From Terriglobales bacterium (GTDB lineage Bacteria; Acidobacteriota; Terriglobia; Terriglobales; Acidobacteriaceae), in the NCBI GenBank assembly GCA_036558645.1, contig DATBFG010000016.1, forward strand, positions 21,537 to 85,536: a stretch of 64,000 bases of DNA, in the 5' to 3' direction. Of this stretch, positions 47,984 through 56,139 are shown in pieces. The first letter of the stretch is position 1. Every line of letters begins with the position of its first letter. The notes below the pieces were generated by a model. That model was not told the origin of the DNA. It worked only from the letters and a program-made list of their open reading frames with translations, and did no database searches. Both the position numbers and the translations under genes were made by a program.

Positions 47984-49930
47984 CTATTGTGGACCTATTT
48001 GTTGTGCCTTGCGCATCTCTTCGGCGGCTTCATCGGTCAATCCCTTTTGCGCCAAAGCCTTCGCGAGTGCCGCATGATTCCCCGGATCGGAAGGTGCGAG
48101 CTCCGCCGCCTGTCGCAAGTGAATCACAGCCTCATCAGTCTGCCCTTGATAGAGGAGTACCTCTCCCAAGGCGCGGTGCGCCTCTACATATTCAGGATAG
48201 ATGGCGATTGCCTGGCGGAATGCTGCCACGCTTTCCGGCAGCATTTGTTTCTTCAGGTATGCGGCTCCAAGGTTAAAGGCAGCAGAAAAATTGGTTGCAT
48301 CCAACTCCAGTGCCCGCTTCAGGGTTGCAATGGCTTGGTCGAAGTCTCCAGTTCTACCATATGCGAGACCCAGGTAAAAAACTGCCAGCGTGTAATCTGG
48401 ACTCAACTTCAATACGCGCTGGAACTCGCTCACGGCGTCGGGAAATTGCCGCATGCGGTAGTAGTTCAGTCCGAGCAAATAATGCACCGAAACCGACTCA
48501 GGCTCCGTCCTCAGCGCGGTTTTCAGCTTTTCCGTCGACTCCGCGTATTGCCCATGCTGGCTTTCCGCCATCGCGTCAGAGACTAGTTCGTAGACTTGGA
48601 TTCGATCTTTGGGATCGGCAAGCGTGCGATCGGTGATGGTGGGGTCTGATCCACCGCCGGAAAACCCGGCGTAGCCCAGCGACTTCAATCGCTCCATCAG
48701 GGCTGGATCCAGACCCGTCTTCACTGCCAACTCTTCTCCCGCGCCATATTGCCGGATCAGCGCTGCGAGTTTGGAACGCATTTCTTCCGCCACGGCTTTC
48801 TTCTGCGAAAACAGATTTAGAGTCTCGCCGGGGTCCTTTGCCAGGTCATACAGTTCAGGCTTGGGCGCGTCTATGAAATGAAAGTTGTCTGTTTCGACGC
48901 TGCGCAGTTCACTCCAATTGAAATGCAGACGAGGAAGAAACGTTTCCGCATAGAGTCCGCGAGGTTCCTTATTGTTGCTTTCAATGAACGGAAGAAGGTT
49001 TTGGCCTTGCACCTGCTTTGGAACTTCGATTTTGAGCTCCTGCAGGACAGTCGGCATCAAGTCCGCCAAATTGACTAATTGCGTCATGGTCTTGCCCGTG
49101 CCAGATGCGGGCAAATGGATAATCAGCGGCACATGCAGTGTCGCGTTATAGATAAAGAACCCGTGAGTTTTCTCACCGTGCTCGCCCAGGCTTTCACCGT
49201 GATCACCACTCAAGACGATCATTGAGTTCTTGTACAAACCCTTTTGCTTGAGAAAGTCGATTAGTCGCGCGACCTGCGAGTCCGCAAACGCAATTTCGCC
49301 GTCATAGGGCCGATCCTTGTACTCCGTGTCATAGGGGGCGGGCGGACGATAAGGATAATGCGGATCGTAAAGATGCATCCAAAGCAGAAACTTCTTTTGA
49401 TAATTCTTTCCTAGCCAATCGAGCGCGAGGTCGGCGACGACATTTGCCGGACGCTCCATCTCTTCCAGGTTGGATTCCTGCAGCCGGCTGAAATCGAAGT
49501 GATCGTAATAGAAATCAAACCCATGATTCAGGCCAAAGCGCGAGTCTAGAACCGCTGAACCAACAATTGCGGCGGTGGCATATCCATGATCCTTCAACAC
49601 AGAGGCCAGCGTTGGTTGGCTAGGATTCAGTTTGTTGGCGGCGAAGTCGTGCATGCCACTTAGCATCGGATACGTCCCGGTAAAAATTCCGGTATGAGAT
49701 GGCAGCGTTACCGGCACAGCCGTATAGGCGCGCTCGAATCGAGCGCTATCAGAGGCAAGCGCATCTATGGCTGGCGTATGGATCTGTTTGTAGCCATAGC
49801 ATCCCAGGTGATCAGCGCGCAGAGTGTCAATAGTGATGACCACTACGTTGATCGGAACCCCTGAAGAAGTGGACCCTGCCGCCAACGTACTGGCGATCAG
49901 CAGCCAAACAAACCACCGGAAGAATGCCAT
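47984..49930 (-). CDS. Sulfatase-fold hydrolase/transferase + C-terminal TPR domain (paralog 2)
   Basis: VVVITIDTLRADH, AVPVTLPSHTGIFTG, SGDHGESLGEHGE and a TPR C-terminus. The stop lies 15 nt from the start of paralog 1. Confidence 0.85.
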   Translation of the reverse strand: MAFFRWFVWLLIASTLAAGSTSSGVPINVVVITIDTLRADHLGCYGYKQIHTPAIDALASDSARFERAYTAVPVTLPSHTGIFTGTYPMLSGMHDFAANKLNPSQPTLASVLKDHGYATAAIVGSAVLDSRFGLNHGFDFYYDHFDFSRLQESNLEEMERPANVVADLALDWLGKNYQKKFLLWMHLYDPHYPYRPPAPYDTEYKDRPYDGEIAFADSQVARLIDFLKQKGLYKNSMIVLSGDHGESLGEHGEKTHGFFIYNATLHVPLIIHLPASGTGKTMTQLVNLADLMPTVLQELKIEVPKQVQGQNLLPFIESNNKEPRGLYAETFLPRLHFNWSELRSVETDNFHFIDAPKPELYDLAKDPGETLNLFSQKKAVAEEMRSKLAALIRQYGAGEELAVKTGLDPALMERLKSLGYAGFSGGGSDPTITDRTLADPKDRIQVYELVSDAMAESQHGQYAESTEKLKTALRTEPESVSVHYLLGLNYYRMRQFPDAVSEFQRVLKLSPDYTLAVFYLGLAYGRTGDFDQAIATLKRALELDATNFSAAFNLGAAYLKKQMLPESVAAFRQAIAIYPEYVEAHRALGEVLLYQGQTDEAVIHLRQAAELAPSDPGNHAALAKALAQKGLTDEAAEEMRKAQQIGPQ

Positions 49931-50007
49931 GAGATGCCACGATTATAGCGCAGCTGAAACCCGCCATTTTGCGGGAGAAGCTAGTGTTTATGCTAGTCTG
50001 AGGTGAC

Positions 50008-51894
50008 ATGAGGTTTATCCAGGTACTTATCCGACTATCCGTCGCCGCGCTGTTTGTGTTGCCTTCGACTGCTCAGCAGAAGAAGCCCGCCGCGCCATCT
50101 AAAAAGCCTCTTTCGCCGGACGTATTCCTGATCACGATCGATACTCTGCGGGCAGATCATGTGCACTCGTACGGCGACAACCAGATCGAGACTCCCGCGC
50201 TCGATGCTCTGGCCGCGGACGGCATACGCTTTTCCCATGCCTATACGCCTAGTCCGATTACGAACACGTCGCACACAACCATACTCACTGGACTTTTGCC
50301 CAGCTCCCACGGCGTCACTGATTTCGGGATTCCGCTCGCAGACTCTCATCCAACCTGGGCGGAATTGTTGAAGACGAAGGGTTACCATACTGCTGCCTTC
50401 ATTGGCGCGGTGATTCTCGATAGCAGCAGCTTAGCTCCAGGCCTGAATCGAGGCTTCGATTTCTACGATAACTTTCCCGAGCATTCTCAAACCAAGGAAC
50501 GCTGGGGACGCGTCGAGCGGCGGGGAGCGGAAGTCGTACAGCATGCGGAGAAGTGGCTGAGCGCGCATCCCGCCGGGCCACACTTTATTTGGATTCACCT
50601 ATACGATCCGCACGACCCCTATGAGCCCCCTGCGCCATTTTCCGAAAAATACAAGGATCGCCTTTATGACGGCGAGATTGCTTATGCCGATTCAGTACTG
50701 GGAAGCTTCGTCGCTTATCTGACCAAACAAGGTTGGTACGACAATTCAGTGATCGTCGTCACCGGAGATCACGGGGAAGGATTGGGGGAGCATCAGGAAG
50801 AGACGCATGGCATCTTCCTCTACGACTCGACCCTGCATGTCCCGATGATAATGAAGATGCCTCGAGCCACGTCTGCACCTAAGGTGATTGATGCTCAGGT
50901 CCGCACGATCGACATCCTCCCCACGGTCCTCGATCTTACGCGTGTGACAATTCCTGATTCCCTCGACGGAAAATCGCTGAAGCCCTTGATTTCGGGCACC
51001 GACTCAGCAGATCGGGTGGCGATTGGCCAAACGGACTATCCTCTTCGCTTCGGATGGGCGCCTTTACGTTCCGTTCGCTCCGAGGGTTTCAAGTTCATTA
51101 AGGGGCCCAAGCCTGAGTTTTATAACCTCAACGCAGATGCCGCGGAACTCAAGAATATCTACGATCCACAAAATGGGTCGCTGATCAAGCTGAGGGATTC
51201 CCTAGCGGCAATCAACGATCCGACGGTTGCTTCCGGTGATTCGCTGCCCGACCCCAAAGACCACATTGTGGAGCAGAACCTGCTCCATACCGCAATGATG
51301 GCCACTGACGACAACCGGCCCGCGGATGCTCGAGCGGCACTTGAGAAAGTTCTGCAGCTTGATCCGAAATCTCCTACCGCATTGCGACAACTGGGCGAAT
51401 TAGAGATGAGTGCCGGTAACTATGTGAAGGCTGCTGAGTATTTGAAGCGTGCTCGCGACGTGCGGCCCGACGACGCAACCGCTGCGTATTACGAAGGCGA
51501 GGCCCGAGAGAAGTCCGGCGATTTAGCGGGTGCCCGAGATGCCCTGGAAGCAAGCCTCAAACTCCTGCCTGGCCAGCTTCCGGCCCGAGTTCTGTTGGGT
51601 CAGGTTTATCTTTCTTTGAAGGATGCAAGAGCTGCGGAAGATCAGTTCGAGGCCGCGTTGCTGGTGGACGCAAAGAATACCGATGCAAGTCTTGGCCTGG
51701 CCAAAGCACAGATCGCGCTCGGCAGCTTCACCGACGCTCTCTCTGTCCTCGAGCCGCTATCCCAGGCTGAAGGCAAGAACCCGGCTGTCTTTGAACTTCT
51801 GGCGCAAGCCTACAAGGGTGCTGGAAGGGATGCAGATGCTCAGAAAGCAGAGACCACAGCGCAATCTCAGCGGGCCGGCCAGAAACCACAGTGA
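50008..51894 (+). CDS. Sulfatase-fold hydrolase/transferase + C-terminal TPR domain (paralog 3)
   Basis: VFLITIDTLRADH, PSPITNTSHTTILTG, TGDHGEGLGEHQE and a TPR C-terminus. GAGG lies upstream of the ATG. Confidence 0.85.
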   Translation: MRFIQVLIRLSVAALFVLPSTAQQKKPAAPSKKPLSPDVFLITIDTLRADHVHSYGDNQIETPALDALAADGIRFSHAYTPSPITNTSHTTILTGLLPSSHGVTDFGIPLADSHPTWAELLKTKGYHTAAFIGAVILDSSSLAPGLNRGFDFYDNFPEHSQTKERWGRVERRGAEVVQHAEKWLSAHPAGPHFIWIHLYDPHDPYEPPAPFSEKYKDRLYDGEIAYADSVLGSFVAYLTKQGWYDNSVIVVTGDHGEGLGEHQEETHGIFLYDSTLHVPMIMKMPRATSAPKVIDAQVRTIDILPTVLDLTRVTIPDSLDGKSLKPLISGTDSADRVAIGQTDYPLRFGWAPLRSVRSEGFKFIKGPKPEFYNLNADAAELKNIYDPQNGSLIKLRDSLAAINDPTVASGDSLPDPKDHIVEQNLLHTAMMATDDNRPADARAALEKVLQLDPKSPTALRQLGELEMSAGNYVKAAEYLKRARDVRPDDATAAYYEGEAREKSGDLAGARDALEASLKLLPGQLPARVLLGQVYLSLKDARAAEDQFEAALLVDAKNTDASLGLAKAQIALGSFTDALSVLEPLSQAEGKNPAVFELLAQAYKGAGRDADAQKAETTAQSQRAGQKPQ

Positions 51895-52410
51895 TCAGCG
51901 CTTGCGCCCGGCCTTGGCGATTCGCTCGACTTGCTGAATGTGATTGAGATCGTGCCCCGCCACCATCTCGACGATCCGTCCGATGGACTCTTGCCCTCGC
52001 TCCTCATGCATGCCGTAGTTATCCCATAACTCTTTTGAAACGGTTTTCAATAGGGTGAGATTGTTCTCTCGCAACAGGCGAAAAGTATTGAGAGCCCCCT
52101 TGGGATCGCGCCTGCCGTACTTGAATGTCGCAGCCCAGGCGTTCTGATCGTAAGCCTGTATCGGCGCGCCGTTCGAACACAGAATCTGTCGCAAACGCCA
52201 GCTGATCACAAGTTCCGTATCCGCCAGATGTGCGAGTATTTCAGCGATCGACCATTTATCCACTTCAGGACGCTTTCCTAACCGTTTGCGATCCATTCGC
52301 GCGATGAGTCCCGCCAGTTTCTTAGGAGTAGAGCGCTGGACTGCCAGCGGCTTTTTACCTTCCACGTGTCCAAGAATGCGTTGGGTATACTGCTGGGCTG
52401 TTTCGGGCAT
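51895..52410 (-). CDS. DinB-family (DinB_2-like) protein
   Basis: WSIAEILAHLADTELV and HDLNHIQQVERI match the four-helix DinB His motifs. GAGGAA lies upstream of the ATG at 52410. Confidence 0.7.
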   Translation of the reverse strand: MPETAQQYTQRILGHVEGKKPLAVQRSTPKKLAGLIARMDRKRLGKRPEVDKWSIAEILAHLADTELVISWRLRQILCSNGAPIQAYDQNAWAATFKYGRRDPKGALNTFRLLRENNLTLLKTVSKELWDNYGMHEERGQESIGRIVEMVAGHDLNHIQQVERIAKAGRKR

Positions 52411-52605
52411 TTCAGGATTCCTCGGTGGTGAATTATATGATGTGGCTTGCAGCCATCGCCAGAGTTGCTCGCAGCATCCAACCGATACAGCAACTATTTG
52501 ATATGTCATCCTCTGAAACTTGTGCCGCTTTCAAGTTGAGGGATAGAATCGCCGTCCGCCATATTCATGGGATCTGTGAACACTGCAGTACACAAGGAGG
52601 ATTTT

Positions 52606-52956
52606 GTGCTCGGAAAGCGCTTCAGAGTTCTTTCTTTCCTGCTGCTCACGATCGGTACACTCTTGCTGGCGGGGTGCCCTCAACGAACCAGCATCGGGAA
52701 GATCAACAGCGATCCCGGTCGCTATGTTGGCAAAGAAGTGGCAATTGCTGGCCACGTCACAAATTCTTTCGGTGCGTTGGGTACAGGCGTTTTTGAGGTG
52801 GATGACGGCACAGGACGCATGTGGGTTTACAGCCAGAATTATGGAGTGCCGGGCAATGGCGCTAAAGTCGGCGTAGTAGGCACGCTCCAACAAGGATTCA
52901 GTCTCGGTGGACGAACCTTCGCCACGATTCTGCGGGAAACTGAACGTCGCCACTAA
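52606..52956 (+). CDS. Small lipoprotein, OB-fold-like (BOF/YgiW-like guess)
   Basis: AAGGAGGA lies 5 nt upstream of the GTG at 52606. The signal peptide has the lipobox LLLAGC. The pattern GKEVAIAGHV...FEVDDGTGRMWV...AKVGVVGTL resembles OB-fold lipoproteins; that family assignment is inference. Confidence 0.55.
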   Translation: MLGKRFRVLSFLLLTIGTLLLAGCPQRTSIGKINSDPGRYVGKEVAIAGHVTNSFGALGTGVFEVDDGTGRMWVYSQNYGVPGNGAKVGVVGTLQQGFSLGGRTFATILRETERRH

Positions 52957-52975
52957 CCCAGGAGAATTATGGAAT

Positions 52976-53006
52976 ATGAGGATCGGCACAGTCCGCCGAT
53001 CCTCAT
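52976..53006. terminator. Strong hairpin between convergent genes (possible bidirectional terminator)
   Basis: A 12-bp perfect stem (atgaggatcggc / gccgatcctcat) with a 7-nt loop. There is no clear T-tract on either side. Confidence 0.45.
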
Positions 53007-53020
53007 GCCTGTTCGCACTT

Positions 53021-53977
53021 CTAGTACGACATCACGGTGACGGTGTTGTCGGCCTGGTTCACCACATAAATTCTGCGTGTCACGCCATTCACCGCAACAG
53101 CAACCGGGGTGTGGCCGACTGCCTTACTGCCTCCGACATTAGGAATGTTGCCGTTGATCACTTTTATTCGATTACTTCCCGAGTCGGCTTCGACGGCCTT
53201 CTGAGTACTCGGCACCGAAGCGACGCCATGGGCCTTGTTCAGTCCAGTCACCTGGCCGATGATAGTGTTGGAAGCTCCGTCGATCGAATAGAGTCCTGTC
53301 ACATCATCCGTCAGGTACAGGCGATTGTGATTCTGATCGACGGCTGCGTAATTCATCGAGACGCCGGTGGTCGGAATCGTAGTTAGCAGCGTATTGTTTG
53401 TCGCATCGATCACGTAAACAGATCCCGCGGAGCAGCCCTTTGTTCCGACGTAGACGCGTTCGGTCAATGTATTCACCGTTACGCCAAACGGCGAACAGCT
53501 CAGATTGAGATTAGTTAAAACCTTTTTTCTTGCGCCGTCGATGATTGTGAGAAATGTGGAGCTGTCATTCCCTATGTAGACACGATTCAAGTGCGGATGC
53601 ACGGCGATCCGGCACTCGCCGGTGCCGGCAGGCAGGGTCTTGAGTAAGGCGAATGTGTTCCCATCGAACACTTCGGCAAAAATGTTCCCTGATGCATCTG
53701 ATTCGCACACCCATACCTCGTTTTTCACCGCATTGATTGCGATGTCCGTAGGAGGATTTGTAGTGTTCATCACTCCCAGAATCTGGTCACTGATGCCATC
53801 GATGACGGAAACCGTACGATCTGTTTTGTTGGAGACAAAAAACCGATTGTTCTTGGAGTTCACCACCACGCCTGTGGGCTTCTGGCCGACCGTTACGGTG
53901 TCGATGATTGTTTGCGAAAACAGCTCAGCACTCAAGCAGAGCAAAACCGCCGCCATAGCGTAGACCCAACACTTCAT
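53021..53977 (-). CDS. YVTN-family beta-propeller repeat protein, secreted
   Basis: Repeated units of about 40 aa (...P.GVVVN...NRFFVSN..D.TVSVIDG...). Signal peptide present. AGGAG lies 5 nt upstream of the ATG. Confidence 0.75.
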   Translation of the reverse strand: MKCWVYAMAAVLLCLSAELFSQTIIDTVTVGQKPTGVVVNSKNNRFFVSNKTDRTVSVIDGISDQILGVMNTTNPPTDIAINAVKNEVWVCESDASGNIFAEVFDGNTFALLKTLPAGTGECRIAVHPHLNRVYIGNDSSTFLTIIDGARKKVLTNLNLSCSPFGVTVNTLTERVYVGTKGCSAGSVYVIDATNNTLLTTIPTTGVSMNYAAVDQNHNRLYLTDDVTGLYSIDGASNTIIGQVTGLNKAHGVASVPSTQKAVEADSGSNRIKVINGNIPNVGGSKAVGHTPVAVAVNGVTRRIYVVNQADNTVTVMSY

Positions 53978-54077
53978 ATTCTCTCCTGTATCAAACCCGT
54001 AACCCGAGAGACATTAGACATCTACGATTGTGATCTTGCCAGCGGTAGGAGGAACGGAGCCAAAAGACTCCATCACT

Positions 54078-54095
54078 TTGGTCAATGCTGACCAA
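54078..54095. promoter_or_regulatory. Inverted repeat TTGGTCA-N4-TGACCAA; candidate operator
   Basis: Read from the sequence. It lies in the 390-bp divergent region between the YVTN gene and the multicopper oxidase gene. Confidence 0.3.
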
Positions 54096-54153
54096 TTTCA
54101 GCCCAACGCCTACAAAACTTTACGCAAATTCAATGAAAACTCATCATTAACGG

Positions 54154-54182
54154 TTGACTCCGCATCGCCAGCCACCTAAGAT
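54154..54182 (+). promoter_or_regulatory. Candidate sigma70-type promoter (TTGACT-17 nt-TAAGAT)
   Basis: The hexamers and spacing were read from the sequence. The site lies about 185 nt upstream of the multicopper oxidase ATG. Confidence 0.3.
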
Positions 54183-54367
54183 TCAGCTAGCCGTTGTAGG
54201 TCATTCGTTCACCTCCCCAGGGCATTTAAGATCAGCTTTTTACAACACTCTGGGAGTGAAATCTGTAGTCACTTCGTCCCAAACCTGCTCCATCTAACTG
54301 CGTGAATTTTCAAGAGGCCACAATTCAACTTGGCGACACATCTCGCCTGAATTCTTGGAGTTCAGAC

Positions 54368-55936
54368 ATGCGACCTGCTCTCAAATTTCTGCTGTGGATA
54401 TCAGTCTTCGGGCTGCTGATTCTTCCCGCCACGGCGCAGTTGTCCCAGTGTCCGGCGCGACCCGGCGCCGGTAGTGTGGTAGCAGAGCCTCCGGCTTATG
54501 CCAGTGAAAACGGAGTCGTACACGCCAATATCACGGTGCGTAGCACGGTCGATCCGGACGGTAACGTTCGCTACTGCTTTGTGTCACCGATCGGTGAAGC
54601 GCCGACAATTCGCGCCAATCCCGGTGATCAGGTTGACATTCAGCTCACCAATAGGATTACCGCAACCGCTGCCGGCGTGCACTCGCATCCAATGCCGGTT
54701 AGCAACCCGTGTTCCGGCCGGACCATGTCGGTGACATCCACTAACCTACACTTCCACGGTCTGAATATTTCGCCTAAATGCCATGAGGACGATGTGCTGC
54801 GTACGGTGGTCAACAATACCGATCCGCCATTCCTCTACCGATTCCGCATTCCCGAGAATGAGCCACCGGGAGTCTACTGGTATCACCCGCACATGCACAG
54901 CTTGACCATGCCTCAAATCATGGGCGGAGCATCTGGGGCGATCATTGTAGAAGGAATTGAGCAGATCAAACCTGAAGTGATTGGTCTGCAGCAACGAGTG
55001 TTCATCATCCGCGACCAATTAATCGCCGCTGGAGGCGGTGGTGGTGACAACGACCTCAGCAGCCTTAGCCTCAATTTTGTGCCTGCGACCTACCCGAATA
55101 CGCTTCCACCTCAAATCAACATGGCGCCCGGAGAGAAGCAGTTCTGGCGCGTGCTGAACGCCGCTGGCGAGCACTTCATGAATTTGCAGCTTTGGATCGA
55201 TGGAGTGGCTGAAGATCTTCAGGTGATCTCGCTGGATGGAACGCCGCAGAAGCGGAACGTCGTGCAGAAGACCATTACGATCCCCCCGTCGGGACGCGCG
55301 GAATTCATCGTGACCGGACCTGAGCTCGGCCACAGCGCCCAGTTCATCACGAACGGTATTTTCAGCGGAATCGATGGCGACCCGAACCCGAAACAAATCA
55401 TTGCTTTCGTGAATCCGACGGGAACGTCGCAGCCTCATACTCAGGTTGCGAGTGCAAAGCTGGAGGGTGCTCGTCGTTTTTCGGATCTTGAAAACCGGAA
55501 AGCGGTGGTCCAGCGCAGCCTCTACTTCTCGGAAGATTTGACCGATCAAAATAATCCGAAGTTTTTCCTTACCGTTGATGGCCAGACTCCAAAGCTATTC
55601 GATCCCAGCGATCCTCCGGCTATCGTAACGACTCAAGGTGCAGTCGAAGAGTGGACGATTGAAAATCGATCAGGCGAGATCCACGCCTTCCATATGCATC
55701 AAATCCACTTCGTCGTGGAAGACGTGAATGGCCAACCTGTCAAGGAAAAGAAGATTCAGGATACGGTCGTCGTCCAGCCCTGGGACAAGGTCAGTTCGAC
55801 ATATCCGAGCGTTAAGCTTCTGATGGACTTCCGTTATCCCGAAAACGTTGGAACTTTCGTCTATCACTGCCACATTCTTGATCACGAAGACGGCGGCATG
55901 ATGGCGAAGATTCAGGTGAATCCGGCCCCCAAATAG
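54368..55936 (+). CDS. Multicopper oxidase (three-domain laccase/CueO-like)
   Basis: All four Cu-binding motifs are present: HFHGL, WYHPHMH, HAFHMHQIHF and HCHILDHEDGGMM. Signal peptide MRPALKFLLWISVFGLLILPATAQ. Confidence 0.9.
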   Translation: MRPALKFLLWISVFGLLILPATAQLSQCPARPGAGSVVAEPPAYASENGVVHANITVRSTVDPDGNVRYCFVSPIGEAPTIRANPGDQVDIQLTNRITATAAGVHSHPMPVSNPCSGRTMSVTSTNLHFHGLNISPKCHEDDVLRTVVNNTDPPFLYRFRIPENEPPGVYWYHPHMHSLTMPQIMGGASGAIIVEGIEQIKPEVIGLQQRVFIIRDQLIAAGGGGGDNDLSSLSLNFVPATYPNTLPPQINMAPGEKQFWRVLNAAGEHFMNLQLWIDGVAEDLQVISLDGTPQKRNVVQKTITIPPSGRAEFIVTGPELGHSAQFITNGIFSGIDGDPNPKQIIAFVNPTGTSQPHTQVASAKLEGARRFSDLENRKAVVQRSLYFSEDLTDQNNPKFFLTVDGQTPKLFDPSDPPAIVTTQGAVEEWTIENRSGEIHAFHMHQIHFVVEDVNGQPVKEKKIQDTVVVQPWDKVSSTYPSVKLLMDFRYPENVGTFVYHCHILDHEDGGMMAKIQVNPAPK

Positions 55937-55968
55937 TCGGGCGTCGGACTCCATTCACTCTTGGTGGG

Positions 55969-56011
55969 AACCCTCCCGCACTCCATCCGGAGCGGGGAGG
56001 GTTTATTTTTT
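55969..56011 (+). terminator. Rho-independent terminator
   Basis: A GC-rich stem (aaccctccc...gggagggtt, with one bulge) is followed by TTTATTTTTT, about 33 nt after the stop. Confidence 0.8.
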
Positions 56012-56139
56012 CCGGTTGCAATGCTTCGCGAAGCTGTTGGCCGCTAAGAGCCTTCCTTCTCTTGACCATAGCCGCTAATCAACATACAGTTCCAACCTAC
56101 GGTGGCGCCTAGTAGATCCCCCACCACAGGAGACCCTTG

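Noticed and set aside
45866-51894. Calling the three paralogs arylsulfatases
   Set aside because: The C/S-x-P-x-R formylglycine signature is replaced by T-x-(P/T)-S-H in all three, so I give only the fold-level name.
52531-52989. 152-aa minus-strand ORF overlapping the small lipoprotein gene
   Set aside because: The plus-strand ORF has a strong AAGGAGGA SD, a lipobox signal peptide and a coherent fold-like sequence. The minus-strand ORF has none of these.
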